The notes beneath the pieces were generated by a model that was not told the origin of the DNA, did no database searches, and saw only the letters and a list, made by a program, of their open reading frames with translations. Positions 46,682-54,645 of a DNA stretch of 64,000 bases are shown here, one piece after another (positions within the stretch are counted from its first letter, which is position 1; each line of letters begins with the position of its first letter). The DNA is taken from positions 7,986 through 71,985 of the forward strand of contig JAGKTT010000010.1 of the NCBI GenBank assembly GCA_021153285.1, read 5' to 3'. The DNA comes from Bacteroidia bacterium. GTDB lineage: Bacteria; Bacteroidota; Bacteroidia; Bacteroidales; UBA932. Both the position numbers and the translations under genes were made by a program.

Positions 46682-48289
46682 ATGAAAAGATACATTATAG
46701 CACTCACATTGGTCTTGTCAGCAGTCCAGACCGTTTCGGCACAGTCACATAATTTCAAGCTCGGACAGTGGAGCGAAATCCAGAATTCGATAATCAAGGA
46801 ACTTAACCGTTCCTATGTAGATTCACTTCCTGTCGACAGGATTATGAGGGCTGGAGTCAATGCAATGCTCGAAGAACTGGATCCTTATACCATATATATT
46901 CCCGAAGAAGAGAATGAGGATCTGCAGATGCTGCTTTCCAAGACATATGGAGGTATAGGAGCAATCATTCACAAGAAGGTCGGAGAAAATGTCATCATCA
47001 ATGAGCCATACGCGGGTTCTCCGGCGGAGAAATACGGGCTTCAGTGCGGTGACGAGATAATTCAGATCGACGGAGTACCTACCAAGGATCTGGAAACGAA
47101 GGAGAGCAGCGACAGGATGAAGGGTAAGCCTGGCACAACCGTAGTATTCAAGGTAAAGAAGGTCCGCACAGGAGATACGTTGGATATCAATATTGTCCGC
47201 GAGCGTATCCATTTTCCGGACATCGAGTATGCCGGTATGCTGGACGATACCACAGGATACATACTTCAGACCGGATTCACAGATAATGTTTCGGGAGAGA
47301 TCCGCACGAAATTCCAGGAGCTCAAGAAGCAAGGGATGAAGCGTCTGGTTCTCGATCTTCGTGGAAACGGAGGAGGTCTTATGAGCGAAGCCATCAATAT
47401 CGTATCACTCTTCGTACCGAAAGGATCCCTTGCAGTTACGTCAAAGGGTAATACAGAAGAATCTGTCAGAAAATTCCACACCACCACAGAACCTATTGAC
47501 ACACAGATCCCTATCATCGTTATGATCGACTCAGGTTCTGCATCTTCATCAGAAATCGTATCAGGAGCTCTCCAGGATCTGGACAGGGCTACGATTATGG
47601 GAAAGAGAAGCTATGGAAAGGGACTTGTACAGTCCATAATGCCGCTTCCATACAATGGTCAGATGAAGATCACCACAGCTAAATATTATACTCCGAGCGG
47701 ACGTTGCGTACAGGCGATAGATTACTCCAGCCGCAATGAGGACGGTAGCGTAGGGCATATTCCTGATTCGCTTACCAGAGAGTTCAGGACTGCCGGAGGA
47801 CGAATAGTAAGAGATGGTGGCGGAATCACTCCGGATGTGGACATTGACTTTCCTGACTACAGCAGACTTGTATATGCGCTTGTGCTTGGAGGCGTGATCG
47901 ACCAGTATGTGATCGATTATGCAAGAAGACACGAAAGCATCCCGGCTGTGGATGACTTCCATTACACAGATGATGATTTCGAGGATTTCGTCAGATTCGC
48001 CAAGACCCAGGACTTTGACTACCGCAGCAGCGCCAAGACTCTTTACGACCAGATGAAGAAGGAGCTGGAGAAGGACGGACTAGCGGAGTCTATGAAACCT
48101 GAGCTGGATGCTCTGGAAAAAGCGTTGGAGATGGACAAGGAAAGGTTCATCCGTCTGAAGAAGGACGAGATCATTCCTTTCATCGAGGAAGAACTGGCTA
48201 CACGCTACTGGTTCCAGGAAGCAGGAGTAAAAATACGTCTCCGCTACGACGAGCAGCTCAAGACCGCACTGACAAAACCAATGATATGA
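46682..48289 (+). CDS. S41A carboxy-terminal processing protease (PDZ plus S41)
   Basis: Signal peptide; LDPYT; GGIGA; LDLRGNGGGL; SASSSEIVSGALQD; SYGKGLVQ; AKYYTPSGR. Confidence 0.93.
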   Translation: MKRYIIALTLVLSAVQTVSAQSHNFKLGQWSEIQNSIIKELNRSYVDSLPVDRIMRAGVNAMLEELDPYTIYIPEEENEDLQMLLSKTYGGIGAIIHKKVGENVIINEPYAGSPAEKYGLQCGDEIIQIDGVPTKDLETKESSDRMKGKPGTTVVFKVKKVRTGDTLDINIVRERIHFPDIEYAGMLDDTTGYILQTGFTDNVSGEIRTKFQELKKQGMKRLVLDLRGNGGGLMSEAINIVSLFVPKGSLAVTSKGNTEESVRKFHTTTEPIDTQIPIIVMIDSGSASSSEIVSGALQDLDRATIMGKRSYGKGLVQSIMPLPYNGQMKITTAKYYTPSGRCVQAIDYSSRNEDGSVGHIPDSLTREFRTAGGRIVRDGGGITPDVDIDFPDYSRLVYALVLGGVIDQYVIDYARRHESIPAVDDFHYTDDDFEDFVRFAKTQDFDYRSSAKTLYDQMKKELEKDGLAESMKPELDALEKALEMDKERFIRLKKDEIIPFIEEELATRYWFQEAGVKIRLRYDEQLKTALTKPMI

Positions 48290-48897
48290 TAGTACTATTC
48301 GATTTCGACGGTGTGATTGCAGACACCGAGACCCAATATACTGAATTCTGGAACAGAATCGGAAGGGAATACCTCGACCAGGAAGACTTCGGTCACACAA
48401 TAAAAGGACAGACACTTGTCCAGATATTCGAAAAATATTTCGGATCAAGGCCCAAGGTGCAGGATGAAATCGTGCCTCAGCTCAATGAGTTCGAAGCAAA
48501 TATGTCGTATGACTACGTCCCAGGGGTATATAAGTTTATGCAGGAACTCAAGGCAGCCGGGATACGCTCGGCCATAGTCACAAGTTCCAATGATGTCAAG
48601 ATGGCCAATGCATACAAGGCTCATCCAGAGCTTATTGAACTTGTGGATATGGTGCTCACCAGCGAACATTTCTCCAAGTCAAAGCCGGATCCGGAATGCT
48701 TTCTGAAGGGAATGGAGTTTCTTGGAGGCACCCCGGAAGAGACAATCGTATTCGAGGATTCATTCCACGGTATTGCAGCAGGTCGTGCTGCCGGGGCCAA
48801 GGTTGTTGGACTGGCCACTACAAACAAGAGAGAGGCAATCGCCCCTCTCTGTGATATGGTCATCGATGATTTCTTAGGGTTCTCGTTAACTGAATAG
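48286..48897 (+). CDS. HAD superfamily phosphatase (beta-PGM/CbbY-like)
   Basis: FDFDGVIADT, VTSS, KPDPE, FEDSFHG; ATGA overlap with the S41 stop. Confidence 0.9.
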   Translation: MIVLFDFDGVIADTETQYTEFWNRIGREYLDQEDFGHTIKGQTLVQIFEKYFGSRPKVQDEIVPQLNEFEANMSYDYVPGVYKFMQELKAAGIRSAIVTSSNDVKMANAYKAHPELIELVDMVLTSEHFSKSKPDPECFLKGMEFLGGTPEETIVFEDSFHGIAAGRAAGAKVVGLATTNKREAIAPLCDMVIDDFLGFSLTE

Positions 48898-48919
48898 TTT
48901 TCGTAACCTCGGCAGATAT

Positions 48920-49201
48920 CTATTTCAGATAAGATTTGAGCGCATCGACATAATTTTCGAAGGCATTAAGGCCGACCGGAGTGATGCGGCATATTGTGCG
49001 AGGCTTTTTCCCTTCAAAAGTTTTCTCTACTGATATATAACCGGCTTCCGAGAGTTTATCCAGCTGGACACTCAGGTTGCCGGCTGTTGCATTTGCAGTC
49101 TCACGGAGATACACAAAATCAGCCTCCTCAAGTTCTACAAGCAGTGACATAACTGCCAGACGCAGCTCGGAATGAAGTAAAGGGTCCAGTTTCTTGAACA
49201 T
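48920..49201 (-). CDS. Winged-helix transcriptional regulator (ArsR/MarR-like)
   Basis: LDPLLHSELRLAVMSLL...TAGNLSVQLDKLSEAGYI..EKTFEGKKPRT. Confidence 0.88.
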   Translation of the reverse strand: MFKKLDPLLHSELRLAVMSLLVELEEADFVYLRETANATAGNLSVQLDKLSEAGYISVEKTFEGKKPRTICRITPVGLNAFENYVDALKSYLK

Positions 49202-49205
49202 ATCT

Positions 49206-49784
49206 CTATCGGTTATTGCGGTTCATCATTATACCCGGCAGGATCAGTGACACTACAGATGCAACTGAAAAGGCCAATGTCACATCACAGGTCCTGAACA
49301 TACAAAGAGCCACCACACCTCCAATACCTGTAATGAAGCCTCCGATAGTGATGAAACGGTTCTTAAGCACCATTCCGGTCATAGCGGCAGCATATCCAAG
49401 CAGAGTCATAGTTATAACTCCTATATATTCAGCAGCAATAAAGGACAAAGCCCCGGCCGTTAAAAGTGCAAATATACCATATCCTATCCAAATCTGCCCA
49501 ATTGTGTCATTGACAAAATTCCTGGCGCCCTTGATTTCCTTATCTTTCAGATATATATGTGAGAGTGGCCAGCCGGTGAGAGGTATCCCGAACCATAGAA
49601 AATTCCACAGAAGGTTGTCCGTAGTTCTCAATAGAAGCCAGATGACAACAGAGAACACCAGGACTATAGCACCCCATAATATCATCGGAGTACCGGCATT
49701 CCTTTCAAAATCCTTTCTGCTTTTAGCAATTGCATCACTTATTACCTGAAGGCTCTGCTCAGGTGTCATTTCATTAGTTTCCAT
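49206..49784 (-). CDS. Hypothetical integral membrane protein (about 6 TM)
   Basis: METNEMTPEQSLQVI start followed by hydrophobic helices; operon-like pairing with the wHTH regulator. Confidence 0.75.
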   Translation of the reverse strand: METNEMTPEQSLQVISDAIAKSRKDFERNAGTPMILWGAIVLVFSVVIWLLLRTTDNLLWNFLWFGIPLTGWPLSHIYLKDKEIKGARNFVNDTIGQIWIGYGIFALLTAGALSFIAAEYIGVITMTLLGYAAAMTGMVLKNRFITIGGFITGIGGVVALCMFRTCDVTLAFSVASVVSLILPGIMMNRNNR

Positions 49785-49939
49785 TTCCAAGTAATTAAGA
49801 ATTAAACATTTGAGCTTCCCCACTCCCCTTCCGGACGGGAAGATCGGAAGTATTGTCCCGCGATGACGACACAAATATAAACAAGTTTATTTTATAAACC
49901 AAATAAAAGAAAAGATAAATTCTTGATTCTTTTGTCAAA

Positions 49940-50073
49940 ACCTTCGAACACACTGATCGTTGTCCCTTTGTCTGCATTGCACTTCTATGTGTTCCAAGGT
50001 ATTTCGCAAACTACCTTCGAACACGCCAAGCATTATCGAGCGCATTGTCCGCAGCAAACACGTGTTCCAAGGT
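49940..50073. repeat. Two tandem units ACCTTCGAACAC-N37-GTGTTCCAAGGT (73-bp period)
   Basis: Left arms at 49940 and 50013, right arms at 49989 and 50062; left and right arms are inverted repeats with one mismatch. Confidence 0.85.
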
Positions 50074-50140
50074 TTCATATCTTTGATTTGCATATTTCTC
50101 CAAGGATTCATTAACTTTGGCCAGATTAAACAATCGTATA

Positions 50141-50647
50141 ATGGCAATCATCAAGGAACTCAAGGGCGACACGCCCATCATCGGGGAGCGCGCGTTTCTG
50201 GCGGAGACGGCGACAATCATCGGCACAGTGACAATGGGAGACGACTGCAGCATATGGTACGGGGCGGTACTGCGTGGCGACGTGGGAGCGATCAGCATCG
50301 GGGACCGCGTGAACATCCAGGACAATGCCGTCCTCCACGCTACATACCAGAAATCCGAATGCATCATAGGAAATGACGTGTCAATCGGTCACGGGGCCAA
50401 TGTGCACGGATGCATCATCGGAAATGATGTCATTGTGGGAATGGGTGCAATCGTGATGGACAATACTGTCGTGCCGGACGGAACCATCATTGCCGCAGGA
50501 GCAGTCGTTCCTGCCAATCAGACTCTTGAACCGGGTATCTGGGCGGGAATCCCAGCAAGAAAGATCAAGGACGGATCGGAAGCCATACGCGAAAAGGCCA
50601 ACGCAAATGCAGACCACTATCTGATGTATAAGAAATGGTACGAATAG
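50141..50647 (+). CDS. Gamma carbonic anhydrase family hexapeptide-repeat protein
   Basis: IIGTVTMGDDCSIWYGAVLRGD, NIQDNAVLH, IGHGANVHGC, WAGIPA; promoter TTTG-N21-TAACTTTG at 50087-50119. Confidence 0.92.
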   Translation: MAIIKELKGDTPIIGERAFLAETATIIGTVTMGDDCSIWYGAVLRGDVGAISIGDRVNIQDNAVLHATYQKSECIIGNDVSIGHGANVHGCIIGNDVIVGMGAIVMDNTVVPDGTIIAAGAVVPANQTLEPGIWAGIPARKIKDGSEAIREKANANADHYLMYKKWYE

Positions 50648-50762
50648 AGAATGTACGCCCATCTCTTTGGAAACACCATTTATTATTTTAACCTGAGATA
50701 GTCTAAAGTCAACCGAAGGATATTTTCCTTCAAAATTTGCATATAGCTCCGAAAACATTGAC

Positions 50763-50899
50763 CGAAAGCACAAATTCGACCGTTTTCGTGCTTTTGAACT
50801 GGGAAAATGATGTCGAAAGCACAAATTCGACCGTTTTTGTGCTTTTAACTAGAAAAAATGATGTCGAAAGCACAAAAGAGGCTAAATTTGTTCTTTTGA
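50763..50899. repeat. Three 51-bp tandem units, each with an AAAGCACAAA-N10-TTTGTGCTTT palindrome
   Basis: CGAAAGCACAAA at 50763, 50814 and 50865. Confidence 0.85.
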
Positions 50900-50916
50900 C
50901 GCAGAGGTTGAATTAT

Positions 50917-51732
50917 ATGAGAATCGAAAGCATAACATCAGCGCAGAATCCTAAGATAAAGGATCTGCTGGCACTTCAGGAGAAATCCAAGGAGAGAAGA
51001 AAGAAGGGATTGTTCGTGGTCGAGGGACGACGTGAGCTGCTTCATTGCATCGAGGCCGGATATGAACCATATACCGTGTTCGTATGCCCGGAGATATTGT
51101 CCGAAGGGAATTTTGATGAGATTGGCAGGAAATGCGATTGTCCTTTCATCGAGATTCCGCAGCATCTTTACGACAAGGTGGCGTACCGCGGCGGCACTGA
51201 GGGAGTGATCGCCGAGCTCCGCTGCAAAGAGATGAGCCTTGAGGCGCTGAAGCTCAGGAAGGACCCGCTGGTGGTGGTGCTGGAGGCGGTGGAGAAGCCG
51301 GGCAATCTGGGGGCGGTGCTTCGTAGCGCGGATGCATCGGGAGTGGACGCGGTGATCGTCTGCGACCCATTGACAGATATGTACAATCCTAACCTTATCC
51401 GATCGAGCATCGGGGCAATATTCACCGTACCGGTGGCGACTGCCAATTCGGAAGAGACAATCAATTGGCTGAAAACCAAGAATATCAAGATCTACACTGC
51501 TCAGCTTCAGGATTCCGAGTGGTATTATGATACTGATATGAAGGGCGGCACTGCGATCGTTATGGGCACAGAGGCGACTGGTCTGACTGATGTCTGGAGA
51601 AAGGCGGCCGATGCCCATATCAAGATTCCGATGCTGGGCAAGCTTGACTCGCTTAATGTGTCGGTTTCGGCAGCGATATTGATGTTCGAGGCTGTGAGGC
51701 AGCGCAAGAGTGCAAAAGGTAACGCACTATAA
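50917..51732 (+). CDS. TrmH/SpoU family RNA 2'-O-methyltransferase
   Basis: ITSAQNPKIK, FVVEG, EKPGNLGAVLRSADA, VMGTEATGL, IPMLGKLDSLNVSVSA; true start ATG 50917. Confidence 0.93.
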   Translation: MRIESITSAQNPKIKDLLALQEKSKERRKKGLFVVEGRRELLHCIEAGYEPYTVFVCPEILSEGNFDEIGRKCDCPFIEIPQHLYDKVAYRGGTEGVIAELRCKEMSLEALKLRKDPLVVVLEAVEKPGNLGAVLRSADASGVDAVIVCDPLTDMYNPNLIRSSIGAIFTVPVATANSEETINWLKTKNIKIYTAQLQDSEWYYDTDMKGGTAIVMGTEATGLTDVWRKAADAHIKIPMLGKLDSLNVSVSAAILMFEAVRQRKSAKGNAL

Positions 51733-51743
51733 TCCAACATCTT

Positions 51744-52562
51744 ATGAAACACTGTAGATTCGGTCTGATAGGTCATCCGATAGCGCATTCGCTCTCCCCT
51801 GCTCTCTTCAAGGCAGGATATGAGGGGCGTTACCACTACGAGCTGATAGAGGGAGAGGATTTCGAAGAGTCATACCAGAAATTTCTGGAAGAATATGACG
51901 GAATCAATGTTACTGCTCCGTTCAAGGAACTGGCATTCTCCAAGGCAGATATATTGTCCCCTGAGTGCGAGGCTGTGGGGGCGACGAATCTGCTGGTAAA
52001 GACTCATCAGGGGGTGAAGGCTTTCAATTCGGACTTTCTTGGAGTCAGGATGTGGCTGGAGGAAGTGGCTGGCAAGGTAGGATCAAGCATTTCTTATACC
52101 GACCGGCCTTCAAGCACCAATGGCAGCCATCCAGAAAACATATCCGTTCTGATAGTCGGGTTAGGCGGGGCAGGAAAGGCTGCGGCCGCAGCGGCAGAGT
52201 CACTTGGAATGGAGGTAGTCAGAATGAACAGGACAGTCAGGGATGAGATGACAAGACCATTGGACGATTTCATAGAATGCTTCAGAGAAGCTGACATAAT
52301 CATTTACAATATCCCTGCTGCCATCCCAGTCCTCTGTGAGCTGACAGACAGCGACTTCACTCCTGGCAAACCTAAGTTCATCCTGGAGGCCAACTACAAG
52401 AATCCTTCATTTGACAAGACCCTTCTGGCAAAGATGCAGGCGGCAAATCCCCTGGCACGATATACCGGTGGCAAGATCTGGCTTCTGTATCAGGCGGCGA
52501 CCGGATATGATATTTTTACAGGTGAAAAGCCTGATTTGGGAAGGATGGCTGATGTTTTGTAA
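51744..52562 (+). CDS. aroE: Shikimate dehydrogenase
   Basis: GLIGHPIAHSLSP, GINVTAPFK, GATN, NSD, GLGGAGKA, LLYQA. Confidence 0.88.
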   Translation: MKHCRFGLIGHPIAHSLSPALFKAGYEGRYHYELIEGEDFEESYQKFLEEYDGINVTAPFKELAFSKADILSPECEAVGATNLLVKTHQGVKAFNSDFLGVRMWLEEVAGKVGSSISYTDRPSSTNGSHPENISVLIVGLGGAGKAAAAAAESLGMEVVRMNRTVRDEMTRPLDDFIECFREADIIIYNIPAAIPVLCELTDSDFTPGKPKFILEANYKNPSFDKTLLAKMQAANPLARYTGGKIWLLYQAATGYDIFTGEKPDLGRMADVL

Positions 52563-52628
52563 GAAAATATCACTATCTTGCGGAGTTTTTGGGCCAAGCC
52601 CATTTAAAAGATACTAAAAACAGATAAT

Positions 52629-53177
52629 ATGTCATTAAACAAAGCTATGCTGATCGGTAACGTTGGACGCGACCCTGAAGTACGTTACCTTGATGGAAAA
52701 GACGGAAATGCAAAAGTGGCGACATTCACATTGGCCACAACCGAGAGGTACAGGGACCGTAACGGTGAAACACGTGAAAACACAGAATGGCACAACATCG
52801 TGGCTTGGAGAAGCACTGCTGATGTCGTGGAGAGATTCGTAAGAAAAGGCACTCAGGTGTATATAGAGGGACGCATCCGCACCCGTTCGTGGGATGACCA
52901 GACTGGCAACAAGAGATACACTACTGAGATCATTGCAGACAATCTCCAGCTTCTTGGAAAGAAATCCGACAATCCTGGAGCACAGCAGGGCGGATACTCT
53001 CAGCAGGGACAGACTTACCAGCAGCCAGGTTACGCACCTGCGCCACAGCAGCCTGCATACACTCAGCCGGCACAGCCTTCTTATCAGCCGCAGCAGCCTC
53101 AGGCATTCTCACAGCCTCAGCCTGCCCAGCCAGTGGATATAGCCAATGACGGTCCGGAGGACGATCTCCCATTCTAA
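52629..53177 (+). CDS. ssb: Single-stranded DNA-binding protein
   Basis: LNKAMLIGNVGRDPE, TEWHNIVAW, KGTQVYIEGRIRTRSW, C-terminal DDLPF. Confidence 0.97.
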   Translation: MSLNKAMLIGNVGRDPEVRYLDGKDGNAKVATFTLATTERYRDRNGETRENTEWHNIVAWRSTADVVERFVRKGTQVYIEGRIRTRSWDDQTGNKRYTTEIIADNLQLLGKKSDNPGAQQGGYSQQGQTYQQPGYAPAPQQPAYTQPAQPSYQPQQPQAFSQPQPAQPVDIANDGPEDDLPF

Positions 53178-53213
53178 CACCCTGATAATTAACAGAATAA
53201 CAATATACCAGCA

Positions 53214-54476
53214 ATGAAACTTGATGTAGTACTCGGCCTCCAGTGGGGCGACGAAGGAAAAGGTAAAATCGTGGATGTGCTCGCAGGAAGATATCCTACA
53301 GTAGCACGTTTTCAGGGTGGCCCTAACGCAGGACACTCACTCCATTTCGACGGTAAGAGCTTCGTTCTCAGGTCCGTTCCGTCAGGAATCTTCAGAGAAG
53401 ACGCGAAGAACATCGTAGGTAACGGAGTGGTTCTTGATCCTATCACCTTCAAGGGAGAATGCGACAATATCGCTGAAAAGACAGGTATTCCTGTGACAGA
53501 GCGTATCGTAATCGCCAAGAAAGCTCACCTCATCCTTCCGACTCACAGACTTCTTGATGCAGCTAACGAAGCTGCTATGGGCAAGGGTAAGATCGGTTCG
53601 ACCCTCAAGGGAATCGGCCCGACTTACACTGACAAGATCAGCCGCCACGGACTTCGCGTAGGCGACATTCTCGCTCCGGACTTCGCTGACAGATACGCTA
53701 AGCTCCAGAACAGGCATATCACTCTCCTGAACCAGATGGGATTTGAGTGTGACCCTCACGCAGAGGATGCTGAATTTATGGAAGCTGTGGAGTTTCTGAA
53801 GAAGTTCGAGCTTGTAGACTGCGAATATTATATAAACGAGCTACTTAAGAATCAGGATATCCTTGCAGAAGGTGCCCAGGGCTCAATGCTCGACGTTGAC
53901 TACGGTTCATATCCATTCGTAACTTCATCTACAACTTCTTGCTCAGGCGCCTGCGTAGGACTTGGAGTGAATCCACACCTTATCGGACGCGTCTATGGTA
54001 TCTTCAAGGCATATTGCACAAGAGTCGGCAGCGGTCCTTTCCCGACTGAGCTCTTCGATGAGACCGGTGAGAAGATACGTGCTATCGGACACGAATTCGG
54101 TGCTGTCACAGGACGTCCGCGTCGCTGCGGATGGCTCGACCTCGTAGCCCTCAAGTATGCAGTTATGATCAGTGGTGTCACCGATCTGATAATGATGAAG
54201 TCAGACTGCCTCGACACATTCGAGACTATCAAGGTATGCACATCTTACATCGTCGACGGAAAGCCTTCAGACCAGTGGCCATTCGACACTTATGCTGACA
54301 TACAGCCGGTATACACTGAGTTCAAGGGATGGAATACAGACCTGACTCACTGCCGCGCGGAAGAAGAACTTCCACAGGAGTTCCGCGACTATATCGCATT
54401 TATGGAGCAGTACATCGGAGTTCCTATCAAGATCATCTCTGTAGGTCCAGACCGTGAGGCTACAATCGAAAGATAA
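53214..54476 (+). CDS. purA: Adenylosuccinate synthetase
   Basis: GLQWGDEGKGK, GGPNAGH, EGAQG, TRVGSGPFPTE, TGRPRRCGWLD. Confidence 0.97.
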   Translation: MKLDVVLGLQWGDEGKGKIVDVLAGRYPTVARFQGGPNAGHSLHFDGKSFVLRSVPSGIFREDAKNIVGNGVVLDPITFKGECDNIAEKTGIPVTERIVIAKKAHLILPTHRLLDAANEAAMGKGKIGSTLKGIGPTYTDKISRHGLRVGDILAPDFADRYAKLQNRHITLLNQMGFECDPHAEDAEFMEAVEFLKKFELVDCEYYINELLKNQDILAEGAQGSMLDVDYGSYPFVTSSTTSCSGACVGLGVNPHLIGRVYGIFKAYCTRVGSGPFPTELFDETGEKIRAIGHEFGAVTGRPRRCGWLDLVALKYAVMISGVTDLIMMKSDCLDTFETIKVCTSYIVDGKPSDQWPFDTYADIQPVYTEFKGWNTDLTHCRAEEELPQEFRDYIAFMEQYIGVPIKIISVGPDREATIER

Positions 54477-54517
54477 TCCATCAGGTATCGCATAAGTCCT
54501 GAAACATAGCACATTAT

Positions 54518-54559
54518 ATAAAATGCCTGCTGCTCTGTATGACGCAGCAGGCATTTTAT
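54518..54559 (+). terminator. Intrinsic terminator after purA
   Basis: 16-bp stem ATAAAATGCCTGCTGC / GCAGCAGGCATTTTAT. Confidence 0.75.
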
Positions 54560-54594
54560 CTTATAAGATCGATGTTTATATCGAAGGAGACAAT

Positions 54595-54624
54595 AAAAAG
54601 AGGATGACCGTCTGGTCATCCTCT
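54595..54624 (-). terminator. Intrinsic terminator after rpoC
   Basis: AGAGGATGACC-gtct-GGTCATCCTCT stem followed by a U-tract on the - strand. Confidence 0.75.
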
Positions 54625-54645
54625 GATAACATATATGTGATCCTC

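Noticed and set aside
49940-50073. CRISPR array call for the 36-bp palindromic unit with 37-bp spacers
   Set aside because: Only one complete unit plus two half units, the spacers resemble each other, and there are no cas genes in the window; kept as an unexplained repeat instead
50737-50916. Repeat-containing N-terminal extension of the TrmH protein
   Set aside because: TTG start, and the frame is open only because the 51-bp repeat is a multiple of 3; ATG 50917 fits the family start
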